Source: an uncultured Solobacterium sp. (GTDB lineage Bacteria; Bacillota_I; Bacilli_A; Erysipelotrichales; Erysipelotrichaceae). Taken from it: 64,000 bases of DNA. The notes beneath the pieces were generated by a model, which saw only the letters and a program-made list of their open reading frames with translations, was not told the DNA's origin and ran no database searches. How positions within the stretch are numbered: position 1 is the first letter of the stretch; each line of letters begins with the position of its first letter. Of this stretch, positions 39,544 through 49,079 are shown piece after piece. The translations under genes and the position numbers were made by a program. The DNA is taken from assembly GCA_963525775.1 (NCBI GenBank), contig CAURLC010000006.1:4648-68647 (forward strand), written 5' to 3'.

Positions 39544-40557
39544 ATGAAAACAATTCTTGTGACGGGAGGTACTGGCTTTATTGGCTCAAATACTTGCGTA
39601 TCTTTAATGAATGCAGGTTATGACGTCGTTGTATTAGATAATCTTTACAACTCTAAAGAAGTTGTATTAGACCGTATCGAAAAACTAACAGGTAAAAAGC
39701 CAAAGTTCTACAAGACAGATATCTTAGACCGCAAGGGATTAGATCAGATTTTTGCGGAGAATAAGATTGATGCGGTCATTCATTTTGCGGGTTATAAGGC
39801 AGTTGGTGAATCTGTAGAAATTCCACTAACATATTATGAAAATAATATTACTGGTTCTTTAAACCTATATATGGCAATGAAGGAAGCTGGATGTAAGACA
39901 CTTGTATTCTCATCTAGTGCAACTGTTTATGGTTCTCCAGAGTCTTGCCCAATTCGAGAAGATTTCCCAGTATCCACAACAAATCCTTATGGTTCTACAA
40001 AGTTAATGAATGAGATGATTTTACAGGATTTAAGTAAGTCAGATCCTGAGTGGTCTATCATGTTATTACGTTACTTCAACCCAATTGGAGCACATCCAAG
40101 TGGATTATTGGGAGAGGTTCCAAATGGCATCCCTAATAACTTAGTACCTTACATCGCTCGTGTTGCGATTGGTACCAGCGAAAAAGTTCGTGTATTTGGT
40201 AATGACTATGATACAGTTGATGGTACAGGAGTTCGTGACTACATCCATGTATGTGATTTAGCAGATGGTCATATCGCAGCTGTTAAATATGCTTTAGAGC
40301 ATAAGGGTGTTGAAAAGGTAAACCTTGGTACAGGTAATGGTTATAGTGTATTACAGGTTGTTCAAGCCTATAGCAAGGCATGTGGTAGAGAGTTACCATA
40401 TGAAATCTTGCCACGTAGAGCAGGAGATGTTGCGGAATGTTATGCTGATCCAACAAAGGCATTAGAATTATTAGGTTGGAAGGCACAGTACAACATTGAT
40501 CAGATGTGTAAGGATTCATGGAATTTTACCCAAATGAATCCAAATGGAATCGAGTAG
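39544..40557 (+). CDS. galE: UDP-glucose 4-epimerase
   Basis: VTGGTGFIGS and YGSTK. Confidence 0.95.
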   Translation: MKTILVTGGTGFIGSNTCVSLMNAGYDVVVLDNLYNSKEVVLDRIEKLTGKKPKFYKTDILDRKGLDQIFAENKIDAVIHFAGYKAVGESVEIPLTYYENNITGSLNLYMAMKEAGCKTLVFSSSATVYGSPESCPIREDFPVSTTNPYGSTKLMNEMILQDLSKSDPEWSIMLLRYFNPIGAHPSGLLGEVPNGIPNNLVPYIARVAIGTSEKVRVFGNDYDTVDGTGVRDYIHVCDLADGHIAAVKYALEHKGVEKVNLGTGNGYSVLQVVQAYSKACGRELPYEILPRRAGDVAECYADPTKALELLGWKAQYNIDQMCKDSWNFTQMNPNGIE

Positions 40558-40561
40558 TACT

Positions 40562-40987
40562 ATGATTGGACTGATCATTACTGGTAATGGTAAATTTCCA
40601 GAAGGTGTAAGTAGTGCAGTTGAAATTCTTTCTGGAAAGTTAGAAGACTATACCACCGTATCCTTTCTATTAGAAGAGACTGTTGATCAATTCATTAATA
40701 GATTACGTATTGCAATTGAATCCATGAAACAAAGTGGCAATATTCTCATCATGGCGGATGTACAGGATAGTACAACCTATCGTGAAGCTTGCACACTTGC
40801 CAAAGAGTATGCGGCAGAATGTAATATCGATGTGGTAGCTGGTTTGAATATCGGAATGGTTCTACAAGCAAGTATGGCTAGAAGTTATATTCATAACGTT
40901 AATGATCTAGCTGCTTTAGCGGTAGAGGCAGGACATAGTCAAATTGTAGATTTTGATGAAAAACATCCGGACGAAGATATTGCATAA
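40562..40987 (+). CDS. PTS EIIA(Man)-fold protein, apparently degenerate
   Basis: MIGLIITGNGKFPEGVSSAVEIL resembles the EIIA-Man N-terminus but has Asn where the phospho-His is expected. Start is uncertain (40544 or 40562). Confidence 0.5.
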   Translation: MIGLIITGNGKFPEGVSSAVEILSGKLEDYTTVSFLLEETVDQFINRLRIAIESMKQSGNILIMADVQDSTTYREACTLAKEYAAECNIDVVAGLNIGMVLQASMARSYIHNVNDLAALAVEAGHSQIVDFDEKHPDEDIA

Positions 40988-41009
40988 ATAAAACTTGAAA
41001 ATCTTTATT

Positions 41010-41037
41010 AGGAAGCCTGAATGGTTTCCTTTTTTTT
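41010..41037 (+). terminator. Rho-independent terminator
   Basis: AGGAAGCC-tgaat-GGTTTCCT followed by TTTTTTT. Confidence 0.8.
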
Positions 41038-41256
41038 CTATTTTTTATTGAAATCGTAGGATTGATTGGAAGTGCAACTTATTTTTTGACGAAAAAATCG
41101 AAAAAATGGGAAAAAGTAACAAATTTCACATTTTTTTACAATTTTTGTAACAAAATCAAAAAAATTTTTAAAAAATTAAAATGCGAAAAAATAGCATAGA
41201 ATAAGGATATTTAACACTTTTCGTAAATTTAAAATACGAAAAACACTTGAATATGA

Positions 41257-41286
41257 TTGCAAATGAAATAGGAAAGTGGTTAGAAT
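41257..41286 (+). promoter_or_regulatory. Promoter placing the predicted TSS on the ATG of the first NlpC/P60 gene
   Basis: TTGCAA (41257-41262), N18, TAGAAT (41281-41286), N6, ATG 41293; no SD present. Confidence 0.5.
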
Positions 41287-41292
41287 ACAGCC

Positions 41293-42921
41293 ATGATGAA
41301 AAATACTATCAAAAAACAAATGGGAATGATTGTGACTGGTGCATTATCTGCAGTATTAGTTGCAGGTTCTGTATCAATAACACATGTAAAGGCAGAAGAA
41401 GCTGCCAATCCGTTTACAAGTAATGCATTACCAGTTATTACTGTAGACGCACAGGAAGAAGATCCTTATACAGCGATTAAAAACGAAGTTATCAAACAAC
41501 GTGCTTTACTCGGTGGATATGATTTGAACTATATCTCACTTGATAAGAGTGTAGCTGATATTACTGGTTTTGATCGAAATGCAACAGGTATTCAAACTGT
41601 TACAGTAAAAGTCAACTTAGCAAGTACAGGGGATAAGGAGGTTGAAAAGAGGCTTGGATACTCCTTTGTACAGAAGGTTGTTGTTAAACTGAAACAAGAC
41701 AGTGCACCTGTAGTACAACTTAAGAGTGATGCTGTTACAGTAAATAACGGTGATACATTTAACGCTTCTAGTTATATTTCCTATATTAATGATGATTCTG
41801 GTATCTTACCTGTATTATCAGTAAGTGGCGAAGTAGATATGGATAAAGATGGCGAGTATCCAGTAACTTATACTGTTTCTGATACAGCTGGTCATACTTC
41901 ATCTGCAGTATTAACAGTTACAGTAAAGACTCCTGTCGAAGTAGCGGTAGCAAAGCAAGCTGAAGCAGAGACAAAGGCAGCTGAAGTTACAGCTCAACTT
42001 GAGGCTGTAAAGGCATTAACCGATTCATCAACAAGTACATCAACTGACACAGCTACAACTGCTACTACAAATAGTTTGGAAACACAGTTGGCTGAGCTTC
42101 AGAAGGAAATTGATTCCATTAAGGAAATTGGTAATAACGCAAATGCTGCAGTAGGTAATAACGATACAATCGATGTTCCTGCTACACCAGCAGCGACAGA
42201 AACACCTGCCACTGTTGAAACACCTGCAGTAGAAACTCCAGCAGCTTCAACAGCTACTGAGACACCAGTCGCTACACCAGAGCCTACACCTGCAGCACCA
42301 GCTGTAGTAGAGACTCCAGTAGCTACACCTACACCAGTTCCTACACCTACAAAGACAATGTATCCTAATGTACGTCTTAATGTTCGTACAGCTCCAAGTA
42401 CATCAGGTTCAATTATTACAACATTAAATGTAAACGATCCTATTTATTGTACAGATACAGTTTCTAACGGATGGCAAGAAATCGTAATCAACGGACAAGT
42501 TGGTTGGGTATATGCACAATATATTCAAAGTGAACAGTATGTAGCTCCAACTCCACAATATGGACAGTATGGTGCATATACTGACGCTATTAACCTTGCA
42601 TTATCATTCGTAGGTAACACACCATATGTATGGGGTGGTGCATCTCCATCTGGATTTGACTGCTCAGGTCTTGTTAAGTACTGCTATGGTATTTCACAGA
42701 GAACTACATATACACAACAAACATTAGGAACACACCGCTATGACGTATGGAATGCTCCAGCAGGTGCTCTATACTTCTGGGGTTCTGAATCTGCACCTTA
42801 CCACGTAGCTATCGCTCTTGGTGGTGGACAGACAGTACAGGCAATGAACGAAAATGATGGTATTCAGGTCATTGGTATCACATACTTCATGCCTTCCTAC
42901 TATGTAATTATCGGACAATAA
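41293..42921 (+). CDS. Secreted NlpC/P60 peptidoglycan endopeptidase (signal peptide, Ig-like DUF5011-type domain, T/P/A-rich linker, SH3b, NlpC/P60)
   Basis: Signal peptide ending VKA-EE. Contains GDTFNASSYISYINDDSG...DGEYPVTYTVSDTAGH and an SH3b-like NVRTAPSTSG...GWVYAQYI. Catalytic GFDCSGLV and YHVAIAL. Confidence 0.88.
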   Translation: MMKNTIKKQMGMIVTGALSAVLVAGSVSITHVKAEEAANPFTSNALPVITVDAQEEDPYTAIKNEVIKQRALLGGYDLNYISLDKSVADITGFDRNATGIQTVTVKVNLASTGDKEVEKRLGYSFVQKVVVKLKQDSAPVVQLKSDAVTVNNGDTFNASSYISYINDDSGILPVLSVSGEVDMDKDGEYPVTYTVSDTAGHTSSAVLTVTVKTPVEVAVAKQAEAETKAAEVTAQLEAVKALTDSSTSTSTDTATTATTNSLETQLAELQKEIDSIKEIGNNANAAVGNNDTIDVPATPAATETPATVETPAVETPAASTATETPVATPEPTPAAPAVVETPVATPTPVPTPTKTMYPNVRLNVRTAPSTSGSIITTLNVNDPIYCTDTVSNGWQEIVINGQVGWVYAQYIQSEQYVAPTPQYGQYGAYTDAINLALSFVGNTPYVWGGASPSGFDCSGLVKYCYGISQRTTYTQQTLGTHRYDVWNAPAGALYFWGSESAPYHVAIALGGGQTVQAMNENDGIQVIGITYFMPSYYVIIGQ

Positions 42922-42922
42922 G

Positions 42923-42947
42923 ACTCCTGAAAAGGAGTTTTATTTTT
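42923..42947 (+). terminator. Rho-independent terminator
   Basis: ACTCCT-gaaa-AGGAGT followed by TTTATTTTT. Confidence 0.75.
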
Positions 42948-43028
42948 GCAAAATTTGTGAAAAAATACCAAAAAATACTATAGTTTTTTGAAAACCTTGT
43001 GAAATTGTGTGAAATACAGCCCAAAAAG

Positions 43029-43058
43029 TTGCAAAATCAGCACAAAAAAAAGTAAAAT
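43029..43058 (+). promoter_or_regulatory. Promoter placing the predicted TSS on the ATG of the second NlpC/P60 gene
   Basis: TTGCAA (43029-43034), N18, TAAAAT (43053-43058), N6, ATG 43065; no SD present. Confidence 0.5.
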
Positions 43059-43064
43059 AAAATC

Positions 43065-44219
43065 ATGTTAAAAAATAAATTAAACAAAAAGCTCGGTAGA
43101 GTAAGTGCTGGATTACTATCCGTATTACTTATTGCCGGTACATATTCAACAAAAACAGTATACGCAGATGACAACAAAACTACTACGGTTGAAAAGGAAA
43201 ACACATTACCAGTTATTGAAGTAAGTCAGCAGGATTTAAATCCTCTGGATACTATCAAGAGTTTGGTAATCCAAGAAAGAGCTGCTTTTGATGGAACATA
43301 TGATCTTACAAATATCTCAATCGAGAAGAGTGTTGCGGATATTGAAGGATTCAATCGTTCTGTAACAGGTATCCAAACAGTTACGGTCAAGGTTACACTT
43401 GCAAGTACTGGTGATATTGAAGCTCAAAAGACTTTAGGGTATTCCTTTATTCAGAAAGCTGTTGTAAATGTTGTCAATAGTACAGCACCTGTCATCAAGT
43501 TGAAGAATTCATCTGTTGTGGTAAACAATGGTGATACATTTAACGCATCTAGTTATATTTCTTATATCAATGATGATTCAGGTATTCTTCCTGTGTTAAC
43601 TGTTGAAGGTTCTGTAGATATGAACACGGATGGTGATTATCCAGTTACATATACAGTCGTTGATACTGCAGGTAATAAGTCTACAGCGACTATGACAGTA
43701 TCTGTTCGCACTCCTCAAGAAGTGATTGATGCAAGAATTGCAGCGGAAGAACAGCGTCAAAAAGAAGAGGCTGAAAGAGCAGCTGCTGAAGAAGCTGCTA
43801 GAGCTCAACAAGCCGCGAACACTGCTAGATCTGCTACTACATCTACATTTGACCCATCTAAGTATGATTCAAGTTTATATGCTGGTGGTATCGCTGCTGC
43901 GTTATCTCTTGTTGGTACTCCATATCAATGGGGTGGTACAACTCCAGCAGGATTTGACTGCTCTGGTTTAGTTCAATACTGTTATGGTTTAGGTGCTCGT
44001 ACAACATATGCTCAACAAGCACTCGGCACTCACCAATATGATGTATGGAACGCTCCAGCTGGTGCGCTATACTTCTATGGCTCTGATTCAGCTCCATATC
44101 ATGTAGGTATCGCACTTGGTAATGGTACAATGGTTCACGCTGCTACGTATGGTATCGGTGTAACAGTTCAAGATATTTCTGGTTTCTTACCTTCCTATTA
44201 CGTCGTACCTGGACAATAA
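43065..44219 (+). CDS. Secreted NlpC/P60 peptidoglycan endopeptidase, paralog (signal peptide, Ig-like domain, E/A/R-rich helix, NlpC/P60)
   Basis: N-terminal 200 aa and C-terminal catalytic domain are closely similar to the upstream gene; GFDCSGLV and YHVGIAL. Confidence 0.88.
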   Translation: MLKNKLNKKLGRVSAGLLSVLLIAGTYSTKTVYADDNKTTTVEKENTLPVIEVSQQDLNPLDTIKSLVIQERAAFDGTYDLTNISIEKSVADIEGFNRSVTGIQTVTVKVTLASTGDIEAQKTLGYSFIQKAVVNVVNSTAPVIKLKNSSVVVNNGDTFNASSYISYINDDSGILPVLTVEGSVDMNTDGDYPVTYTVVDTAGNKSTATMTVSVRTPQEVIDARIAAEEQRQKEEAERAAAEEAARAQQAANTARSATTSTFDPSKYDSSLYAGGIAAALSLVGTPYQWGGTTPAGFDCSGLVQYCYGLGARTTYAQQALGTHQYDVWNAPAGALYFYGSDSAPYHVGIALGNGTMVHAATYGIGVTVQDISGFLPSYYVVPGQ

Positions 44220-44230
44220 GATTGATGATG

Positions 44231-44257
44231 AAGACTCACTGATGTGAGTCTTTTTTC
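44231..44257 (+). terminator. Rho-independent terminator
   Basis: AAGACTCAC-tgat-GTGAGTCTT followed by TTTT. Confidence 0.85.
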
Positions 44258-44285
44258 TGGGAAAAAGAAAAAGTCCTTTCGGACT

Positions 44286-45491
44286 TTATAGAATCTGGAA
44301 TATAAAATACTTTAGATAACTTGTTTCGTCCATCGTCCAAAGGATAGGGTGGTCAGGATTCTGTTGGGTAACAGAAATTTGACGTAGTGTAACTCCACAT
44401 TCCTTGGCACTTTCTAGTAACATTTGTTCAAAGAGTTTTGTTTCCATGAATCTTGAACATGAACAAGTAATCAAATAACCACCATTGCGTAATACATTCA
44501 TGGCTTTCATGTTGATGTTTTTATATCCATAATAGGCACTGTTCACTGTCTTACGAGATTTTGTAAATGCAGGTGGGTCTAAGACGATAATATCAAACTC
44601 GTTATCTTTGAGATTTTCAAGATAGTCGAATACATCAGCTTGAACAAATTGAATTTTATCTTCAAGGTGATTAAGTTTGGCGTTTTGGTAGCCTTGTTGT
44701 AAGGCAACATTTGATACATCAACAGCGGTGACTGCTTTTGCGTTACCATAGGCTGCATTTAACGCAAAGCCACCGGTATGGCTAAAACAATCTAGTACAC
44801 GTTTATCACGTGCGATATTACGTAATAATACACGATTTGATTTTTGGTCTAAGAAGTAACCTGTCTTTTGACCATTTTCAATATCTACCTGAAGTTGAAT
44901 ACCATTTTCGTAGATAATCGTCTGTGGAGATACATGATTTGGATTGTAGAAGAAACCCTTGTAGGTTGGTAATCCTTCTTTTTCTCTGACTTTGATATCG
45001 TTACGTTCATAGATTGCCTGAATGATGTGATCGTTTTCTTTGAATACTTCTAGTAAGATATCGTAAATCATTTGTTTGTGTTGTTCCATACCAGTATTCG
45101 AGATTTGTGTCACTAAGATATCGTTATAACAATCTACAACAAGACCAGGTAATAAATCAGCTTCACCAAATACATAACGACAATTGGACAAGTTATTTGG
45201 TTCTACTGTCTTACGATAGTCATACGCAAAGCGAATACGTCTTTCAAAGAAAGCTTGATCAATGGTTTCTGATTCATCTTTGGTTAAGATACGACAAGTG
45301 ATATGACTGATAGGAGAGTAGAAACCTGTACCGTAGTAAGTTCCATCGTTAGAGATGATATTGACGATACCACCATCAGGAATCTTTTCATCTGATTGTA
45401 CTAAGTTATTACGATACATCCACATTTGACCTTTTTGAAGCCAAGTTTCTCCTTCGTTTGAAATTGTGATAGTAGGATAGTTATTTTTCAT
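44286..45491 (-). CDS. Class I SAM-dependent rRNA methyltransferase (RlmI/PUA-domain type)
   Basis: N-terminal PUA-like region, a SAM-binding fold and DPPAF; SD GAGG before the ATG at 45491. Confidence 0.85.
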   Translation of the reverse strand: MKNNYPTITISNEGETWLQKGQMWMYRNNLVQSDEKIPDGGIVNIISNDGTYYGTGFYSPISHITCRILTKDESETIDQAFFERRIRFAYDYRKTVEPNNLSNCRYVFGEADLLPGLVVDCYNDILVTQISNTGMEQHKQMIYDILLEVFKENDHIIQAIYERNDIKVREKEGLPTYKGFFYNPNHVSPQTIIYENGIQLQVDIENGQKTGYFLDQKSNRVLLRNIARDKRVLDCFSHTGGFALNAAYGNAKAVTAVDVSNVALQQGYQNAKLNHLEDKIQFVQADVFDYLENLKDNEFDIIVLDPPAFTKSRKTVNSAYYGYKNINMKAMNVLRNGGYLITCSCSRFMETKLFEQMLLESAKECGVTLRQISVTQQNPDHPILWTMDETSYLKYFIFQIL

Positions 45492-45593
45492 AGGAATACC
45501 TCGGGATAATGATAAACGATATTGCGTCAATTTACTAATCTTTCCATGGAATTTTTGGAATGATTTGTAATAAAGAGTAGGAGGTTTAGAGAA

Positions 45594-46313
45594 ATGATTA
45601 TTCGTGAAATGCCAAGCACAGAACGACCACGGGATAAGGGTCTAAGATATGGTGTAAGGTCTCTTAGCTCAAGAGAATTACTTGCATTAATATTACGTAC
45701 TGGTTCACAAGGAGAGTCTGTTTTAACAATGGCCGATAATTTATTACAGATGTCGAAGGGGATTAAAGGGCTCGTACGTATGTCCAATGAAGAACTTTGT
45801 AAAATCAAAGGAATTAGTAAGGTGAAAGCACTACAATTACAAGCAATTTTTGAAATTAGTCGAAGAGCGTCTTTAGAAACTGCTTATGAAGAGGAAATTA
45901 TCGATAATCCAGAGCGTATTATCGATTGGCTAAGAAATGAAATTGGTACAGGTAGCCAAGAAAAGTTTTTGGTTGTTTATCTAAATACTGCACATCGCAT
46001 TATCTCCACAAAGACATTATTTGTAGGTACCATTAACGCAAGTGCAGTATATCCCCGTGAAATCTTTAAAGAAGCTTTACTGATTGGTAGTACGGATATT
46101 ATGTTGGCACACAATCATCCTAGCGGTGTTTTAACACCGAGTACACAAGATTTAGTTGTGACGGGAAAGTTAATGGAATGTGGCAAATTGATGGGAGTAA
46201 GAGTGTTAGATCATCTCATCGTTTCTCAGACAAGTTTTCTCAGTTTTGCTAGAGAAGAACTCTTTGAAACTTGTATGGAAGCTTATCAATGTACACATGG
46301 AATCACAACCTAA
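45594..46313 (+). CDS. radC: RadC-family JAB-domain protein
   Basis: HNHPSG motif and an N-terminal HhH region. Confidence 0.9.
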   Translation: MIIREMPSTERPRDKGLRYGVRSLSSRELLALILRTGSQGESVLTMADNLLQMSKGIKGLVRMSNEELCKIKGISKVKALQLQAIFEISRRASLETAYEEEIIDNPERIIDWLRNEIGTGSQEKFLVVYLNTAHRIISTKTLFVGTINASAVYPREIFKEALLIGSTDIMLAHNHPSGVLTPSTQDLVVTGKLMECGKLMGVRVLDHLIVSQTSFLSFAREELFETCMEAYQCTHGITT

Positions 46314-46462
46314 TACATGGTAAAATATTAAGGATACTTTGAAGGGTAAAACGGAGTCATATTGCGGTAAGAAAACCAAAATAGACTATAATAAAAGAAA
46401 GTCTTTTACGACGATTGATAAGAAGAAATAAACCTGATTTTATACAAGCGGGAGAATATGAA

Positions 46463-49078
46463 ATGAAGAAATTATTACTGACAGATGGTAACTCGATGTT
46501 ATTTAGAGCGTATTACGCTACAGCGTATGGTAGACCAATGACTACTTCAGATGGAACACCAACAAACGCTGTATTTGGTTTTGCGTCTATGATGCAAAAA
46601 GCAATTGATATTATTCAACCAGATGCAGTTTTAGTTGCCTTCGATGCGGGAAAACATACTTTCCGTCATGAACTTTATGCGGACTATAAAGGTGGTCGTA
46701 AACCAGCACCTGATGACTTAGTACCACAGTTTAAACTCGTTCGAGATTTTTTGGATGCTTTTGCGATTACTTGGGTGGAGATGCAAGATATTGAAGCCGA
46801 TGACTTGATTGGAACGATCTCTAAAAAAGCAAAGGACTATCAAACCTATGTACTCACAAGTGACCATGATATGTTACAGCTAGTGGATGATACGACTTCT
46901 GTATTACTGATGAAGAAAGGTATTACAGAGATGGATGTCATGACACCTGAAAGTCTAAAGGAACAGATGGGAATTGAACCACTTCAAATTATTGATATGA
47001 AGGGTTTGATGGGGGATAAATCAGATAATATTCCAGGTATTCCTGGGATTGGTGAAAAGACAGCTCTCAAGCTTTTAGAGGAATACGGCACAGTTGAAAA
47101 CGTCCTAGCAAATGAAGATAAACTCAAGGGCGCTTTACAGAAGAAAGTGATGGAAGGGCATGATTCCGCATTACTTTCTAAAAAACTTGCGACAATTCGT
47201 CGTGATGTAGATGTAAAGATGAGTGAGAAAGAGTTATCTTTTACACCAAACTATCCACAACTTGTAAAGTTCTTACAGATGTTAGAGATGAACACGCTCG
47301 CAAGACGTTTCTCAGATAAGATTGTAGCAGAAGAGAATACAACAGAAGAGACTGTTGTGACGCCAAGTGAAGATAAGCGTGTTACAAAGGTACCTACAGA
47401 AATGTTAAAGGATGTATGTGCTGTGTTTGTAGATGATAACCATGATGCATTCATGCATGCGACAATCAATGGCTTTGCGCTATTCAATGGTAAGCAAGCA
47501 GTATATATTTCCTTAGCAGATGCAAAGAAAGATGGGGACTTGCTAGCATATCTTTCAAGTGACATGCCACATAAATATGGATTTGATGTAAAACGCAACT
47601 TACATCTTGCGGAAAATGAAGGATTAACCTTAAATTTCCATGATGATATGATGCTTGCGGCATCACTTGTAGACTCATCTTTAACAACTACCGCAAAGAT
47701 TATTGAGCGTTATGGCTTTGAAAATACAGTGAGCTATGAAGATGTATATGGTAAACCTACAAAGCCAAATTTAATTATTGATGAAGAAAAACAATGCATG
47801 TATGCATGCGCATTTGCGAGAAATATCTTTAGTTTATATGCGGAAATTACCCCAAAATTAAAAGAATATAAGATGGAAAAACTCTACTATGAAATGGAGA
47901 TGCCCTTAACGAGTGTTCTCTATCACATGGAAAGAGAAGGAATTCGTTGTGATATCGATATTCTTAATCGCATTGCGACAGAAACAATGGCGAAGATTAG
48001 CGAAGCACAAAAAGAAATCTATGCGATTGCAGGAAAAGAGTTTAATATCAATTCACCAAAGCAACTAGCAGAAGTGTTATTCGATGATTTAGGACTTCCT
48101 ACAGGTAAAAAGAGAAGTACTGCAGCTGGTGAGTTAGAAAAGTTACAAGGAAAATCACCAATCATCGATTATATTTTGGATTACCGTAAGCTATCTAAGA
48201 TTTATAGTACTTACGCTGAAGGTTTAAAGAAGTATATTCAAAAGGATGGTAAGATTCATACAATCTATAACCAATCCGCAACGCAAACTGGAAGACTATC
48301 TTCTAGCGAACCAAACTTGCAGAATATCAGTGTTCGTGATGAACAGGGCAAAGAGATTCGTAAGGCATTCTTACCAGAAGATGGTTGTGTATTAATTTCG
48401 AGTGACTATCATCAGATCGAGTTACGAATGCTGGCACATATGGCAAATGAAACGAGTCTAATTGAAGCGTTTAAAGAAGGAATCGATATTCATACAAAGA
48501 CGGCAATGGACGTCTTCCATAAGCCACAGGATGAAATTACACCTCAAGATAGACGTAGTGCTAAGACAGTTAATTTCGGTATCGTGTATGGTATCAGTGA
48601 CTTTGGTTTAAGTGAGCAGCTTGGTGTAAGTCGTTATGAAGCCCACGACTTTATAGAACGCTACTATGCAGCGTATCCAAAGATTCGTACTTATATGGAT
48701 AAAATTGTAAAAGAGTGCGAAGAGAAGGGATATGTAGAAACTCTTTGTGGTAGACGCAGAGAGATTCCTGAGATTCACGATAAGAATCACGCAACACGTG
48801 AATTCGGTAAACGTGCAGCGATGAACGCACCAATTCAGGGCTCTGCTGCTGATCTTATCAAACTTGCGATGATTCATATCGATCAGATGATGAAGGATGC
48901 GAAAGTAAAGAGTAAGATGATTCTACAGGTACACGATGAACTAATTTTTAATGTACCAAAGGATGAAATTGAAGTGATGAAAAAGCTAATCAATGATGGC
49001 ATGGTCAATGCGATGCATCTTCAGGTGCCTTTGACAGCCGAATGTTCTATCGGCAGCGATTGGTACGAGGCTAAGTAA
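46463..49078 (+). CDS. polA: DNA polymerase I
   Basis: 5' nuclease N-terminus, DYHQIELR and QVHDELIF; SD GGGAGAA before ATG 46463. Confidence 0.97.
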   Translation: MKKLLLTDGNSMLFRAYYATAYGRPMTTSDGTPTNAVFGFASMMQKAIDIIQPDAVLVAFDAGKHTFRHELYADYKGGRKPAPDDLVPQFKLVRDFLDAFAITWVEMQDIEADDLIGTISKKAKDYQTYVLTSDHDMLQLVDDTTSVLLMKKGITEMDVMTPESLKEQMGIEPLQIIDMKGLMGDKSDNIPGIPGIGEKTALKLLEEYGTVENVLANEDKLKGALQKKVMEGHDSALLSKKLATIRRDVDVKMSEKELSFTPNYPQLVKFLQMLEMNTLARRFSDKIVAEENTTEETVVTPSEDKRVTKVPTEMLKDVCAVFVDDNHDAFMHATINGFALFNGKQAVYISLADAKKDGDLLAYLSSDMPHKYGFDVKRNLHLAENEGLTLNFHDDMMLAASLVDSSLTTTAKIIERYGFENTVSYEDVYGKPTKPNLIIDEEKQCMYACAFARNIFSLYAEITPKLKEYKMEKLYYEMEMPLTSVLYHMEREGIRCDIDILNRIATETMAKISEAQKEIYAIAGKEFNINSPKQLAEVLFDDLGLPTGKKRSTAAGELEKLQGKSPIIDYILDYRKLSKIYSTYAEGLKKYIQKDGKIHTIYNQSATQTGRLSSSEPNLQNISVRDEQGKEIRKAFLPEDGCVLISSDYHQIELRMLAHMANETSLIEAFKEGIDIHTKTAMDVFHKPQDEITPQDRRSAKTVNFGIVYGISDFGLSEQLGVSRYEAHDFIERYYAAYPKIRTYMDKIVKECEEKGYVETLCGRRREIPEIHDKNHATREFGKRAAMNAPIQGSAADLIKLAMIHIDQMMKDAKVKSKMILQVHDELIFNVPKDEIEVMKKLINDGMVNAMHLQVPLTAECSIGSDWYEAK

Positions 49079-49079
49079 T

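Noticed and set aside
40988-41292. ydaO/c-di-AMP-type or other riboswitch upstream of the NlpC/P60 genes.
   Set aside because: The region is almost pure A/T tracts without the GC-rich conserved cores of that riboswitch. The best promoter lies directly at the ATG, which leaves no leader.
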